From IMG/VR virus record IMGVR_UViG_3300032288_000938, positions 1-56,429 of that record: a stretch of 56,429 nucleotides of DNA; one strand, 5' to 3'. The DNA comes from a virus. Lineage: Duplodnaviria > Caudoviricetes. This document shows, piece by piece, positions 8,988 through 17,241 of this stretch. The notes under the pieces were generated by a model. That model was not told where the DNA came from and searched no databases. It saw nothing but the letters and a program-made list of their open reading frames with translations. Numbering within the stretch: position 1 is the stretch's first letter; every line of letters starts with the position of its first letter. The translations under genes were made by a program, and so were the position numbers.

Positions 8988-9341
8988 ATGAAAAATCGTA
9001 GCTCTTGGACAGAATATGGCGAAGGCCATTACCCTGACTGCCATTATGAGGGGCGGCAATGGCCCGGAAGTGTAAGAGAACTGGTTCTAAACGGCTTCGC
9101 AGACGGAACGTATTTGCGGCAGCTTTATCCAATCCGCTATATCGAAACCGCGTTGTCCGTAAAAAAAGACTCAGAGATAAGGCGGTCAACAAGCAAGACT
9201 TGCTCAAACTGCGCGAATTGGATTGAAACAGACGCCTCGTCCTATGAAGGACTTTGCGCCTCTGAACATAGTTTAGCCGCCACCGCAGATACGGTGGAGG
9301 CTCAGTTCTCGTGCAAGCACTGGAGGGCGAAGGAGTATTAA
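8988..9341 (+). CDS. Counter-oriented hypothetical protein with C-terminal Cys cluster
   Basis: GGAG RBS; CSNCANW...GLC...SCKHW; fills the gap between minus-strand genes. Confidence 0.55.
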   Translation: MKNRSSWTEYGEGHYPDCHYEGRQWPGSVRELVLNGFADGTYLRQLYPIRYIETALSVKKDSEIRRSTSKTCSNCANWIETDASSYEGLCASEHSLAATADTVEAQFSCKHWRAKEY

Positions 9342-9511
9342 TCCTCGTCCTTTGACATGGATGCAATAATTAAAGCGGCTGGCACGGTAATCGGCCACGC
9401 CGCTATATTTACATGAACACGCCAATCTTTCAGATCTGCGTCGTTAGAAATGGCAAACATAAAATCGTTGAGTACCCCAACGACATAAAGGTAGAGAAGA
9501 AACCAGATCAT
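9338..9511 (-). CDS. Small membrane protein
   Basis: MIWFLLYLYVVG...AAWPI; GGAG RBS. Confidence 0.55.
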   Translation of the reverse strand: MIWFLLYLYVVGVLNDFMFAISNDADLKDWRVHVNIAAWPITVPAALIIASMSKDED

Positions 9512-9513
9512 TT

Positions 9514-9720
9514 TCACTCCATGATATATGGGTCTGAGGAAAACACACAAGCATACGAATACAACGGTGGTTCCCCAGTGTTGCTGATTGGACGGAAACC
9601 AGCTTCCTCGGCAGCCTTCACGCAGTCCTCACGTGTCGCATAGATCCCGACCTTTTCACTCCCGGCTGCACCAAAGGAATGCAAAAAGACGAGCATGACG
9701 TAGATGCCAGTCACCATCAC
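9514..9720 (-). CDS. Small secreted/membrane hypothetical protein
   Basis: Hydrophobic N-terminus, two Cys; GAGGAG RBS inside phoH end. Confidence 0.55.
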   Translation of the reverse strand: MMVTGIYVMLVFLHSFGAAGSEKVGIYATREDCVKAAEEAGFRPISNTGEPPLYSYACVFSSDPYIME

Positions 9721-10403
9721 TTCTTCTCCTCTAGGATAAACGCCTCAATCCACATCTTACATATCTCAGAGCGCACCACATCGTCAAGGGTGAACTCAAT
9801 GACGGGTACGGGGATGTTGTATTTCTTCACCATGTGGATGGCCCTACGCAACCCCGAAGTCTCGTGAATGTCGGATTGGGACACATCGCCATTCATAACC
9901 ACAAGACAGTCCTCACCGATGCGGGTGAGAAACATTTTTATCTCATGCGGGGTCGTGTTTTGAGCCTCGTCCAGTATCACGAACGAGTTATCAAATGACC
10001 TACCGCGCATGGTCTCAAAGGGGACGATCTCAATATTGCGGTTCTTGAGCGCAAGCTCCACAACTGCCGGGGTCAAATGCTTGTTCAAAACATCAATGAC
10101 CGGGGCCATCCACGGAGCCATCTTTTCATCAAGCGTCCCCGGAAAATATCCGATAGATTTCCCTGCTCCAATATTGGGCCGGGTCAGGATGATTCTTTCG
10201 ATCCTCTTCTCGTTGAAAAGACTTGCCGCGTATGTGGCGGCTATATAGGTCTTTCCAGTACCGGCAGGCCCTAGAACAATTACCTGTTGGCATTCTTTCA
10301 GAGCCTTTATGTATTCCCCCTGAGTCGGGGTTTTGGGGACGAGAGATATTGACTCTCGCCCCTCATCAAACTTGTTGCGCTTCCGCGTTCCGCTCTTAAC
10401 CAA
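9717..10403 (-). CDS. phoH: PhoH-like ATPase
   Basis: GPAGTGKT, RP, GYFPG, MRGRSF, ILDEAQN, GD..QSD. Confidence 0.95.
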   Translation of the reverse strand: MVKSGTRKRNKFDEGRESISLVPKTPTQGEYIKALKECQQVIVLGPAGTGKTYIAATYAASLFNEKRIERIILTRPNIGAGKSIGYFPGTLDEKMAPWMAPVIDVLNKHLTPAVVELALKNRNIEIVPFETMRGRSFDNSFVILDEAQNTTPHEIKMFLTRIGEDCLVVMNGDVSQSDIHETSGLRRAIHMVKKYNIPVPVIEFTLDDVVRSEICKMWIEAFILEEKK

Positions 10404-10405
10404 TA

Positions 10406-10651
10406 TCAGTACCAGTTTTCGGTCTTGCTAAGGGCATCAACGACTTCCTGAACCGTGTGTTTAACGAACAGGGTATTTGTCTTCTTGCTCATCTTGTTCA
10501 GGGTGTGGGTAATAACCGAAACCCCGGCGTCCTCCGGATGTTGCTCCACAGCCATAATGTTGCTGGGACGAAGGGCGACAGGGACCCCCCGGAGAGAATT
10601 AAAGATAATCATTTTGACTCCTGCTTTGCCAATTTTGTATGTGTGGGACAA
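10406..10651 (-). CDS. Hypothetical protein (start may be 10612)
   Basis: ORF in operon; V....I.AVE and V.HTV.EV pattern. Confidence 0.55.
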   Translation of the reverse strand: MSHTYKIGKAGVKMIIFNSLRGVPVALRPSNIMAVEQHPEDAGVSVITHTLNKMSKKTNTLFVKHTVQEVVDALSKTENWY

Positions 10652-11022
10652 TACGAACTCCCAGCTTCTTTGTCGTGGCCACAGAATAACAGATCTTGCG
10701 GCTCACCCGCAACCCACCGGCAGTGGTTTTGCTCCAACTCCCAGATCTTTACACCGACCCCGTTCAAGGGGATTACCTTGATTTTGGGCGGGCGCACGGG
10801 CTTGATGACCTTTGGTGGACGGAAGCGGATTTTAACCGGGAATCCGGATTTCTCCCGGTAAGGCAAACAAAGGCCGAGCCGATTAGCCCTACCAATAACT
10901 GCATTTCTTGTTTTCCCAAACCTTTTAGCCAGTTCCGTGGCTGACGTTTTCCGATAGTGAAGCCTAAGAATGTCGTCCTGCTCAGGCGTCCATTCAATTG
11001 AGACTACGTTTTGCCCGCTCAT
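10609..11022 (-). CDS. gcrA: GcrA-like cell-cycle transcription regulator
   Basis: WTPEQ...SATELA...TRNAVIGRANRLGL HTH plus ELEQNHCRW..GEP...FCG...SYCPTH. Confidence 0.9.
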   Translation of the reverse strand: MSGQNVVSIEWTPEQDDILRLHYRKTSATELAKRFGKTRNAVIGRANRLGLCLPYREKSGFPVKIRFRPPKVIKPVRPPKIKVIPLNGVGVKIWELEQNHCRWVAGEPQDLLFCGHDKEAGSSYCPTHTKLAKQESK

Positions 11023-11215
11023 GAAGTTCCTCCAAGATTGACATCTCAAGTGTCGCCACAAATGTCTTCATAAGGAAGGACGCATCAAGATCGCTTTCCA
11101 CATTGTGCAGAATAACGCTAGAGCTTCCCTCCTTAACCCCGAGGATAAGGACCACATCGAGATCCAGTCCCATAGCCTCTTTCAGGAGTTCCTTAGCGTT
11201 GCCTTCATCGGTCAT
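10994..11215 (-). CDS. Hypothetical protein
   Basis: ORF with overlapping junctions in operon. Confidence 0.55.
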   Translation of the reverse strand: MTDEGNAKELLKEAMGLDLDVVLILGVKEGSSSVILHNVESDLDASFLMKTFVATLEMSILEELHERAKRSLN

Positions 11216-11754
11216 TTTGTCAAGCTCTTTTTTGCGAATACAGCAAGAACGTACTTTTTCCTGCTCGGATCCTTGGTTTTTGCGTAAATGCCAGCGTTGT
11301 ACAAAAACGCGGCCCTCTTGAGATCCCCGCCAGCCTTGTCAATGGCCATTCTGAGGTACTTCATACCCCAGTATATTCCGATTTGGCAGCCGTTCAAACC
11401 CTGCGCGGAGCCTTTATAACCAATATCGCGGGCAGTTGACGGTTTTATCTGCATAACACCACGCTCATTGGCAGCGCCAATAGCGGAACACCTAAGACTT
11501 GATTCGTGAGTGGCAATGGCAACCGCGAAATCTGCCGGGACACCCCGCGCGCGAGCTTCATCTACCACCATTTGCCGCACTCCACGCTGCGGATGACGCG
11601 CATGGACCTTTGGCGGCTTTACTTTGTGGACTTGGACAGTTTTAACCTTCGGGGTTTCGGGTCCAAGGGAGCGAAAATTTGGAACAACCTTTGAAGCTTC
11701 AGCCCCGGTACACAAGAGAGCCATAAAAGAAGCGGCCAAGATCAACTTTTTCAT
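11212..11754 (-). CDS. Signal-peptide-bearing lytic transglycosylase (SLT domain)
   Basis: MKKLILAA signal peptide; HESS catalytic Glu, GVMQI, G.KYL, YNAG. Confidence 0.9.
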   Translation of the reverse strand: MKKLILAASFMALLCTGAEASKVVPNFRSLGPETPKVKTVQVHKVKPPKVHARHPQRGVRQMVVDEARARGVPADFAVAIATHESSLRCSAIGAANERGVMQIKPSTARDIGYKGSAQGLNGCQIGIYWGMKYLRMAIDKAGGDLKRAAFLYNAGIYAKTKDPSRKKYVLAVFAKKSLTK

Positions 11755-11826
11755 CGGGATACTCCAGATCCGTTAATGAGAAAGACCCCGTCAGGGGTCT
11801 CACCCCTATTATCCCATCCTTTAGGG

Positions 11827-12297
11827 CTATTTATCAACCCCTAAAGGACAAAAATATCCCAGTGCTATTGATTCGTCTAGCTTATTTCCCTTTTTCAGGT
11901 TGTCTTTAGCAGGCAAATACTGCAAATTCTGGAGAATGTGAAGCCCGCAAATGGATTCGTGGCGCAGCGGAACGATGTGATCCACATGAAACCCCGCAGG
12001 ACAATCACGGTAGAACTTGGATATGGCCTTCTTGTCGGCCCAAGACGGCATGGCCTTCATCCTATCGGCAGCCCTGATCCGCCTTTTGTGGATATTGTTC
12101 CTGTCCCAATTGCGCCTCCACAGTTTCCCGGTGGCAGTTTTCAGCCACGCCTTCCTATGCGGAAAGTGACACTCACAGCAACGCCCGCAAGACGACAGCC
12201 TCTGGGCAACATGCCCATGCTTGCATGGCTTGCCGGTGTAATATCTGGTTAAACCGAGGCGCAAAGCCTCAGTGCGGGAGGATGGCAAATCAGTCAA
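11827..12297 (-). CDS. HNH homing-type endonuclease
   Basis: YYTGKPCKHGH...C..C zinc motif; HVDHIVPL...GLH...NLQ...N..K.N. Confidence 0.85.
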   Translation of the reverse strand: MTDLPSSRTEALRLGLTRYYTGKPCKHGHVAQRLSSCGRCCECHFPHRKAWLKTATGKLWRRNWDRNNIHKRRIRAADRMKAMPSWADKKAISKFYRDCPAGFHVDHIVPLRHESICGLHILQNLQYLPAKDNLKKGNKLDESIALGYFCPLGVDK

Positions 12298-12487
12298 CAG
12301 TGGTCCTGCCGAGGGTGATGTTCTTTACGGCGCGAATATGGTCGTTCCGCCAAGTCCAACATTCTCCCGAGTCCTGAAACACAACCCACAACAGGTCGTA
12401 GTCCGGCCCGTAGTCAATCAAGACTTGGGCGTATCCGCTCCCTTTCGGGGTCTCAACGGAAATTGGTGGGTTAAGTTGGAGCATCAC
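12290..12487 (-). CDS. Conserved small phage protein
   Basis: TPKG.G.A..LIDYG...L.WVV...GECW. Confidence 0.65.
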   Translation of the reverse strand: MMLQLNPPISVETPKGSGYAQVLIDYGPDYDLLWVVFQDSGECWTWRNDHIRAVKNITLGRTTVD

Positions 12488-12696
12488 GTTCCCCGGCGCG
12501 CATTGGACATGGCTTCACGCATCCACATGTCGCGCTCAGCCCGCAGTCCCTTGATGTCTTCCTTCAGCATGTCAATCATCTGAAGGTGCTTTTCGCGTTC
12601 CCGGTGCCATTCCAGAAAGTTCTTTTGGCTGAAATCAACCAATCTTTCATCTGGAGTCTTAGGTCCCAATTTAAGCAAGGTCTTAAGGAACTTCAT
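12484..12696 (-). CDS. Hypothetical coiled-coil protein
   Basis: Start set at MKFLK with GGAG RBS. Confidence 0.5.
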   Translation of the reverse strand: MKFLKTLLKLGPKTPDERLVDFSQKNFLEWHREREKHLQMIDMLKEDIKGLRAERDMWMREAMSNARRGT

Positions 12697-12883
12697 CTTC
12701 GGCTCCATTCCAATAGCGGCAATAGAAATGATCCCCCAGCTTGTCAATCAGCCTTTGAGGATACCCCTGCTCAACCAGCCACTCATTTGTGCGGCCCTGA
12801 TGCTCTGGCGGAATTATTTTCGGAAACCCGTAGGCCCAGCCGGACGGTGGGTCGATAAACAGGTTTTTGGTTTTAAGGCTCAT
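12683..12883 (-). CDS. Conserved small phage protein
   Basis: IDPPSGW.YGFPK...WLVEQGYP. Confidence 0.7.
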   Translation of the reverse strand: MSLKTKNLFIDPPSGWAYGFPKIIPPEHQGRTNEWLVEQGYPQRLIDKLGDHFYCRYWNGAEDEVP

Positions 12884-13074
12884 TTACCCTCCAATGCATC
12901 ACGGGCAACATCAGGACAATCATGGCAAGAACCATCTGGAGAAGCGATAAACTCAAGAGCCTTTCGCAACCGCTCAATCTCATCAGCGGCTGCATTGTAT
13001 AAGGCCCCGTCTTCATGAGCATCTATCTTGTATACCGTTTCCCACTTCCGCAGCCGTTCAACAATGTCAGTCAT
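12880..13074 (-). CDS. Small phage protein (MTDIVERLR/AADEIERLR type)
   Basis: Characteristic motifs; ATGA overlap. Confidence 0.65.
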   Translation of the reverse strand: MTDIVERLRKWETVYKIDAHEDGALYNAAADEIERLRKALEFIASPDGSCHDCPDVARDALEGK

Positions 13075-13253
13075 GCCCAACCCATCCAGCGATAAAGCTT
13101 AGATTTTTTGGGGTCAAGGAGGCAGGCCCCGACATCCTCAATAATAGGGATCAAAGCCTCCGACACCGCCACAACAAGATGGACTGCCAGCAGTATCGGC
13201 AGCATAGCCAGTATGTAGGCTACCAAGGTCATGTATTTCAGATTGTCAGTCAT
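13071..13253 (-). CDS. Small membrane protein
   Basis: Single hydrophobic segment; GGAGG RBS. Confidence 0.55.
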   Translation of the reverse strand: MTDNLKYMTLVAYILAMLPILLAVHLVVAVSEALIPIIEDVGACLLDPKKSKLYRWMGWA

Positions 13254-13450
13254 TTCCCCTCCTGCGGCGCTGGTAAAACAATCTCACCCTCAACCATCTC
13301 GACCCAGTCATCAAACTCGATGCGACACGCATTTGGCCAAGCATTGATGGCGGCGGCGATGGCATGTTTCATGTCCACGAAATGACCCCCGCCATACTCT
13401 TCACAAGCGGTATGGATCACCTCATCTGGTATCTGCTCTGGCTTAATCAT
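13250..13450 (-). CDS. Hypothetical protein
   Basis: Start MIKPEQ with GGAGG RBS. Confidence 0.55.
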   Translation of the reverse strand: MIKPEQIPDEVIHTACEEYGGGHFVDMKHAIAAAINAWPNACRIEFDDWVEMVEGEIVLPAPQEGK

Positions 13451-13649
13451 TGACGACCCTCCCCCTCTTGACCTCCAGCATCCACAGGACATCCTTCCTC
13501 AATGCACTAGAAGAATGGCAAACCCGCCCATCATCCTCAATCCAAAGGATGACAATAGGCCGATCCATACCACACCTGTTCAAGGCATCATGGAGAGCCG
13601 CATGGGCGTTCCATTCACGACCCGGCAGGGACTCAATCTCCGCCGCCAT
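13443..13649 (-). CDS. Hypothetical protein
   Basis: Start MAAEIE with GGAGG RBS. Confidence 0.5.
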   Translation of the reverse strand: MAAEIESLPGREWNAHAALHDALNRCGMDRPIVILWIEDDGRVCHSSSALRKDVLWMLEVKRGRVVND

Positions 13650-13887
13650 GCTTGCCCTCCAATATGGCCCGAATCTCCGCTTCAAACCCCGCAGCCAGAT
13701 TAGAATAGTGCATAACGGCCATCCGGCCCGGCGCGGCACACCATGCAATGCGGTTGTGAGCCTCCTCCAACCCCGCCTGAAGGCGCTGAATCTCAGCAAC
13801 GGCGGAGTCGATAATATCGGCGATAGAATCGTCCCCGGCAGCCCTACAGGCCACGGAAGCCGACTTAAGCTTGTTCAGGTCGTACAT
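13633..13887 (-). CDS. Hypothetical protein
   Basis: ORF in operon; AVAEIQRL motif. Confidence 0.55.
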   Translation of the reverse strand: MYDLNKLKSASVACRAAGDDSIADIIDSAVAEIQRLQAGLEEAHNRIAWCAAPGRMAVMHYSNLAAGFEAEIRAILEGKHGGGD

Positions 13888-13890
13888 AGG

Positions 13891-13962
13891 TCAATCCCTG
13901 CTGCCGAAGACCATTAGGAAGACGCCCGATATGAGCAGAAGGATAATGATGAAAGAAAGCAT
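13891..13962 (-). CDS. 23-aa transmembrane micropeptide
   Basis: MLSFIIILLLISGVFLMVFGSRD; AAGGAG RBS. Confidence 0.55.
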   Translation of the reverse strand: MLSFIIILLLISGVFLMVFGSRD

Positions 13963-13978
13963 GGCTCATCTCCTTTGG

Positions 13979-14071
13979 TTATATCTCAAGGTCATCGCTG
14001 AACACAGCCACGACTGCACCCAAAGCGTAGACTATTCCAAGTACGAAGCCATAGATCAGCGCGCTCGTCAT
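13979..14071 (-). CDS. 30-aa transmembrane micropeptide
   Basis: MTSALIYGFVLGIVYALGAVVAVFSDDLEI; fills operon gap. Confidence 0.45.
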   Translation of the reverse strand: MTSALIYGFVLGIVYALGAVVAVFSDDLEI

Positions 14072-14157
14072 AACAAAACCCCGCCAATGTGCCTGCGGCA
14101 ATACGCCTTCGGCTTCTTTGACGGGGTTTTAACACGCGAGGACATTGCTGTCCAGAT

Positions 14158-14436
14158 TTATTTGCGGGATTTGCCCGAACCGGGTTCTGTCATGTATTTG
14201 GACACGATCTTGTCGGTGAGCATTTCCTCAAGGTCATCAATCCTGCATTTGAGGTCAAAGTTGCGCTCAACGAGGGTGTTGATGTTGTCGCTCAAATCCC
14301 GGATCCAGCGTTCAAGCTTCTCAATATCATTGCCGTGGCCAATCAAGGTGGATCCAGAGAAGCAAATAAGAAGCACGATTGAGATTGCACCAATTACCGC
14401 GAGTACAATTAAAGCGATTTCCATAGGGTTCTCCAT
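14158..14436 (-). CDS. Membrane-anchored coiled-coil protein
   Basis: Start MENPME just downstream of promoter; TM then coiled coil. Confidence 0.55.
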   Translation of the reverse strand: MENPMEIALIVLAVIGAISIVLLICFSGSTLIGHGNDIEKLERWIRDLSDNINTLVERNFDLKCRIDDLEEMLTDKIVSKYMTEPGSGKSRK

Positions 14437-14448
14437 TTTTGAAACCCC

Positions 14449-14477
14449 GTTATACGTGAGCCGTCTCCGGCAGTCAA
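14449..14477 (-). promoter_or_regulatory. Sigma70-type promoter for leftward small-gene operon
   Basis: TTGACT-17 nt-TATAAC. Confidence 0.75.
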
Positions 14478-14656
14478 TAACATATACCCCCGTGGGTGTG
14501 GGACTCCAGAAAAAAAAGAAGGGGGTGGGTTTCCCTAGAATGGGTTTTGTGGGGGTTGGGGAAAAGTGGGTCATCGGATGTGGGGAATAATATGTATACA
14601 CGACCCGGCTCGACCACGCCGATTTGCCCCTCCCCCCTCCGGGTGGGGTGCTGCCA

Positions 14657-14671
14657 GAACAAATCGTGAAC
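14657..14671. promoter_or_regulatory. Alphaproteobacterial LexA (SOS) box
   Basis: GAAC-AAATCGT-GAAC matches GAAC-N7-GAAC; intergenic. Confidence 0.6.
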
Positions 14672-14707
14672 CGCTCATTCCGGGCCGCATTGCACCCCGC
14701 ATTGACG

Positions 14708-14730
14708 TTCGGTAATTGGCGATTACCGAA
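14708..14730. repeat. Perfect 9-bp inverted repeat downstream of terS
   Basis: TTCGGTAAT-TGGCG-ATTACCGAA. Confidence 0.6.
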
Positions 14731-14743
14731 GAAACCTTGCGGA

Positions 14744-15262
14744 TCAATGGTTTGCGTAACGCTTGAGCCGCTCGACTAGCTCGCGCTCGATATCAGCGGC
14801 ACTGCCTGCCTGCACTTCCACCTTATCGGTCACCATCCCGGCAAGCTTGGCGGCTAGTGCTGCCGCGCTGACCTTAACGGCGGCAGGTGTTTTCTCGCCT
14901 TCCAGCACATCCCAGACCTGTTTCCAGATCCGATCCTCCGCCCGAGCAGCTACAAGCTGTTTCTGGGCCTGTTTGGCCCTTAATAGCTCCTCCACCCTCA
15001 TTGCCACCTTAGGGTGCTGTGCAAGCTTGCAGGCCTCAGTGTGAACCACTGCCGCCGCCATCCCATCCGCATTGTATGCTGATCGGTATGCCTCTGAATT
15101 AGTTGCGCCATTGGCGAGCGCCTCGGCGAATGCTTCCTGTTTCAGCGTCAGCCCTGATGCCGCCTTTCCCACCGGCCCCGGCTCCACTTTTGCCTTTGGC
15201 TTGTCTTTCCCGCCGTCGATCACCCGCAGCAGGCCTTCTATCGCCTTGTCATCGTCTGTCAT
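14744..15262 (-). CDS. terS: Terminase small subunit
   Basis: LT.KQEAFA...G...SEAYR.AY...A.KL..HPKV..R HTH signature. Confidence 0.85.
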   Translation of the reverse strand: MTDDDKAIEGLLRVIDGGKDKPKAKVEPGPVGKAASGLTLKQEAFAEALANGATNSEAYRSAYNADGMAAAVVHTEACKLAQHPKVAMRVEELLRAKQAQKQLVAARAEDRIWKQVWDVLEGEKTPAAVKVSAAALAAKLAGMVTDKVEVQAGSAADIERELVERLKRYANH

Positions 15263-15452
15263 GTGCCTTGCCTTAATTCCAGGAGCTGCGCCCTGATGTA
15301 TATCCGCCCCTATGTGTGGGGCTGCCTGTTGTGTGTTTCAGTATAGCATGGGCGGCTTCTATCCCCTCAAACGCCGGGTGGCTTTCGGGGTTTTGAAATT
15401 GCGGGGCTTTTAAGATAATTCCCCGCAATGGGCGGTCAATCTCTTTTTGTTA

Positions 15453-15506
15453 TTGACCGTACCAACCCAACCCATATAAAACCGGATTGTTACCGCTCTT
15501 TGAAAT
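15453..15506 (+). promoter_or_regulatory. Early promoter with boxA-like element
   Basis: TTGACC-16-TATAAA then GCTCTTTGAAAT (15495-15506); -35 lies in inverted repeat CGGTCAAT/ATTGACCG. Confidence 0.6.
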
Positions 15507-15812
15507 TGCAAATATGAGCCTTTGGCCCGCGCGATTTACGCCCGCGCGCTGCCAAAACGCCGGGGGTGCTGGCCCCTTAGCAAATCAAGCCAGCCGACGA
15601 AACGCAATGCGGGCAGATGGAACCCGTATCACTGGCCCGGCAAATCGGGGCGGGTGTGCAAAACCACACCAGTGCAAGCGAAAGCTTGACAGCGGGAAAT
15701 AAACCGCTGAAACGCCGCTGATTTAGGGTGCATTGCGTGGAGGGAAAGCGCTGGAACGGGCCGCAAGGCCCGTTCCCCTGCGAAAGCCCGGCAATCAGGC
15801 CGGGCTTTTTCA
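15481..15812 (+). ncRNA. Candidate ~330-nt structured RNA / early leader
   Basis: Many stems with GAAA/GCAA loops, long-range ACGCAATGC/GCATTGCGT, terminator AAAGCCCGGC/GCCGGGCTTTTT. Confidence 0.6.
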
Positions 15813-15825
15813 AGGGAACCAAACC

Positions 15826-15948
15826 ATGCAGCACGACGCCCATGTGAAAGCTTTTTACGCCTATTCAATATTGGCCGCACGACGCGACGCGGGCGCGCGA
15901 TTGCCGTGGGAAGGATGGGGCGACAATGGCCAATGGTGGTTAAAGTAA
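15826..15948 (+). CDS. 40-aa early peptide
   Basis: AAGGGA RBS; MQHDAHVKAF...WWLK. Confidence 0.45.
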   Translation: MQHDAHVKAFYAYSILAARRDAGARLPWEGWGDNGQWWLK

Positions 15949-15986
15949 GTAAAACAATTAATTCCAACCAAGAAAGGGAATGAAAC

Positions 15987-16244
15987 ATGCTAACCGAGGA
16001 ACAAATCGCCAATCAGGCCGAAATTTACAATGGCCGCGCCAATATTGCCGAAATTAACCGGCTTTATCGGGCGCAGGATGAAAGCCACCTATTCCCGATT
16101 TGCGGGAAATTTAACGCCACCGAGCGGGCTATTCGCAAGGCTCGCAAATTTCAATCCGAGGCCGGGGCGGTTTACGGGTTGGAATATTGTTATCTGCTCT
16201 CCGAACTAATCTCCGAGGCCGTGAACGGCCCGGACGCATACTAA
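15987..16244 (+). CDS. Early hypothetical protein
   Basis: CAACCAAGAAAGG leader shared with next gene. Confidence 0.65.
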   Translation: MLTEEQIANQAEIYNGRANIAEINRLYRAQDESHLFPICGKFNATERAIRKARKFQSEAGAVYGLEYCYLLSELISEAVNGPDAY

Positions 16245-16268
16245 TCGCAACCAAGAAAGGAAAAAACC

Positions 16269-17147
16269 ATGAGTAAGTTCAACGCATACGCAGAAGTCAC
16301 CGCAACGGTTCTGGAAGCTATGAAAACAGGCTCGACGCCATGGGTGAAACCATGGCGCGATTTACCAGCGGATCAATCTGGAACGCCCCACAATGCCTTG
16401 ACGGGCCGGGCGTATCGAGGGATCAATAGCTTGTTAGGCTGGATCGCCGCTGAAAAGCATGGCTTTAGCTCGCAAGGTTGGCTCACCTATAAACAGGCGC
16501 TCGAATTGGGCGGCAATGTCAGGAAGGGCGAAAAGGCCCGGCTTCAGGTTGTTTTCTTTAAGCAATTGCAGATTAAAGAAAAGGACAAGGCCGGAAATGA
16601 CGCGCTAAAGAAAATTCCGCTCATCAAGCTTGCCAGTGTGTTCAATGTAGATCAATGCGAAGGCTTGACCTTGCCCAAGCGCAGGACGCCCGCGACACGC
16701 CCGACAAATGCGGATGATCTAGTCAAGGCCATGGCCGAACGGCTCAAAATGAGGCTAAGCATTGCGGGGAACCGGGCTTGTTATATGCCCACGCTCGACC
16801 TTGTACAAATGCCACCCGCCGGGGCGTTCAATGAAGATGCAAGCGCGCTGGCAACATTTTTCCATGAGGCCGGGCATTGGACCGGACATAAAACCCGGCT
16901 CAATCGGGATTTATCCGGGCGGTTCGGAAATGCGGCCTACGCTTTCGAGGAACTAGTCGCGGAATTGACTAGTGCTTTCCTTTGTGCGGCAAACAAGGTC
17001 AACGGGCAATTGCAGCACCCCGAATACTTGCGCCATTGGATCACGGTCATGGAGGGTGACGACAAAGCCTTCATGAAGGCCGCTTCCCTTGCGCAGGCTG
17101 CCGCTGACTATATCAACAAGAGCGAGGAAGTAGAGGAGAGCGAATAA
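16269..17147 (+). CDS. ardC: ArdC-like antirestriction protein (DUF1738 ssDNA-binding plus zincin-like domain)
   Basis: PWVKPW, YRGIN, WLTYKQA..LGG.VRKGEK, VFNVDQ, HEAGHWTGH..RL.R, YAFEELVAEL. Confidence 0.9.
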   Translation: MSKFNAYAEVTATVLEAMKTGSTPWVKPWRDLPADQSGTPHNALTGRAYRGINSLLGWIAAEKHGFSSQGWLTYKQALELGGNVRKGEKARLQVVFFKQLQIKEKDKAGNDALKKIPLIKLASVFNVDQCEGLTLPKRRTPATRPTNADDLVKAMAERLKMRLSIAGNRACYMPTLDLVQMPPAGAFNEDASALATFFHEAGHWTGHKTRLNRDLSGRFGNAAYAFEELVAELTSAFLCAANKVNGQLQHPEYLRHWITVMEGDDKAFMKAASLAQAAADYINKSEEVEESE

Positions 17148-17211
17148 TCCCCTGCGGGGGCTGTCGGGGTTCTAAAAAAACCTTGACGGCCCCGCAAATC
17201 TTCGCTAATAA
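17146..17211 (+). promoter_or_regulatory. Repeat-plus-promoter module, copy 1
   Basis: 26-bp AATCCCCTGCGGGGGCTGTCGGGGTT then TTGACG-17-TAATAA. Confidence 0.75.
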
Positions 17212-17241
17212 ACAATCACCGAACAACAGGAGAGCAGGATC

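Noticed and set aside
13871-14590. 239-aa plus-strand ORF
   Set aside because: Antisense to a promoter-driven set of small minus-strand genes; no recognisable features
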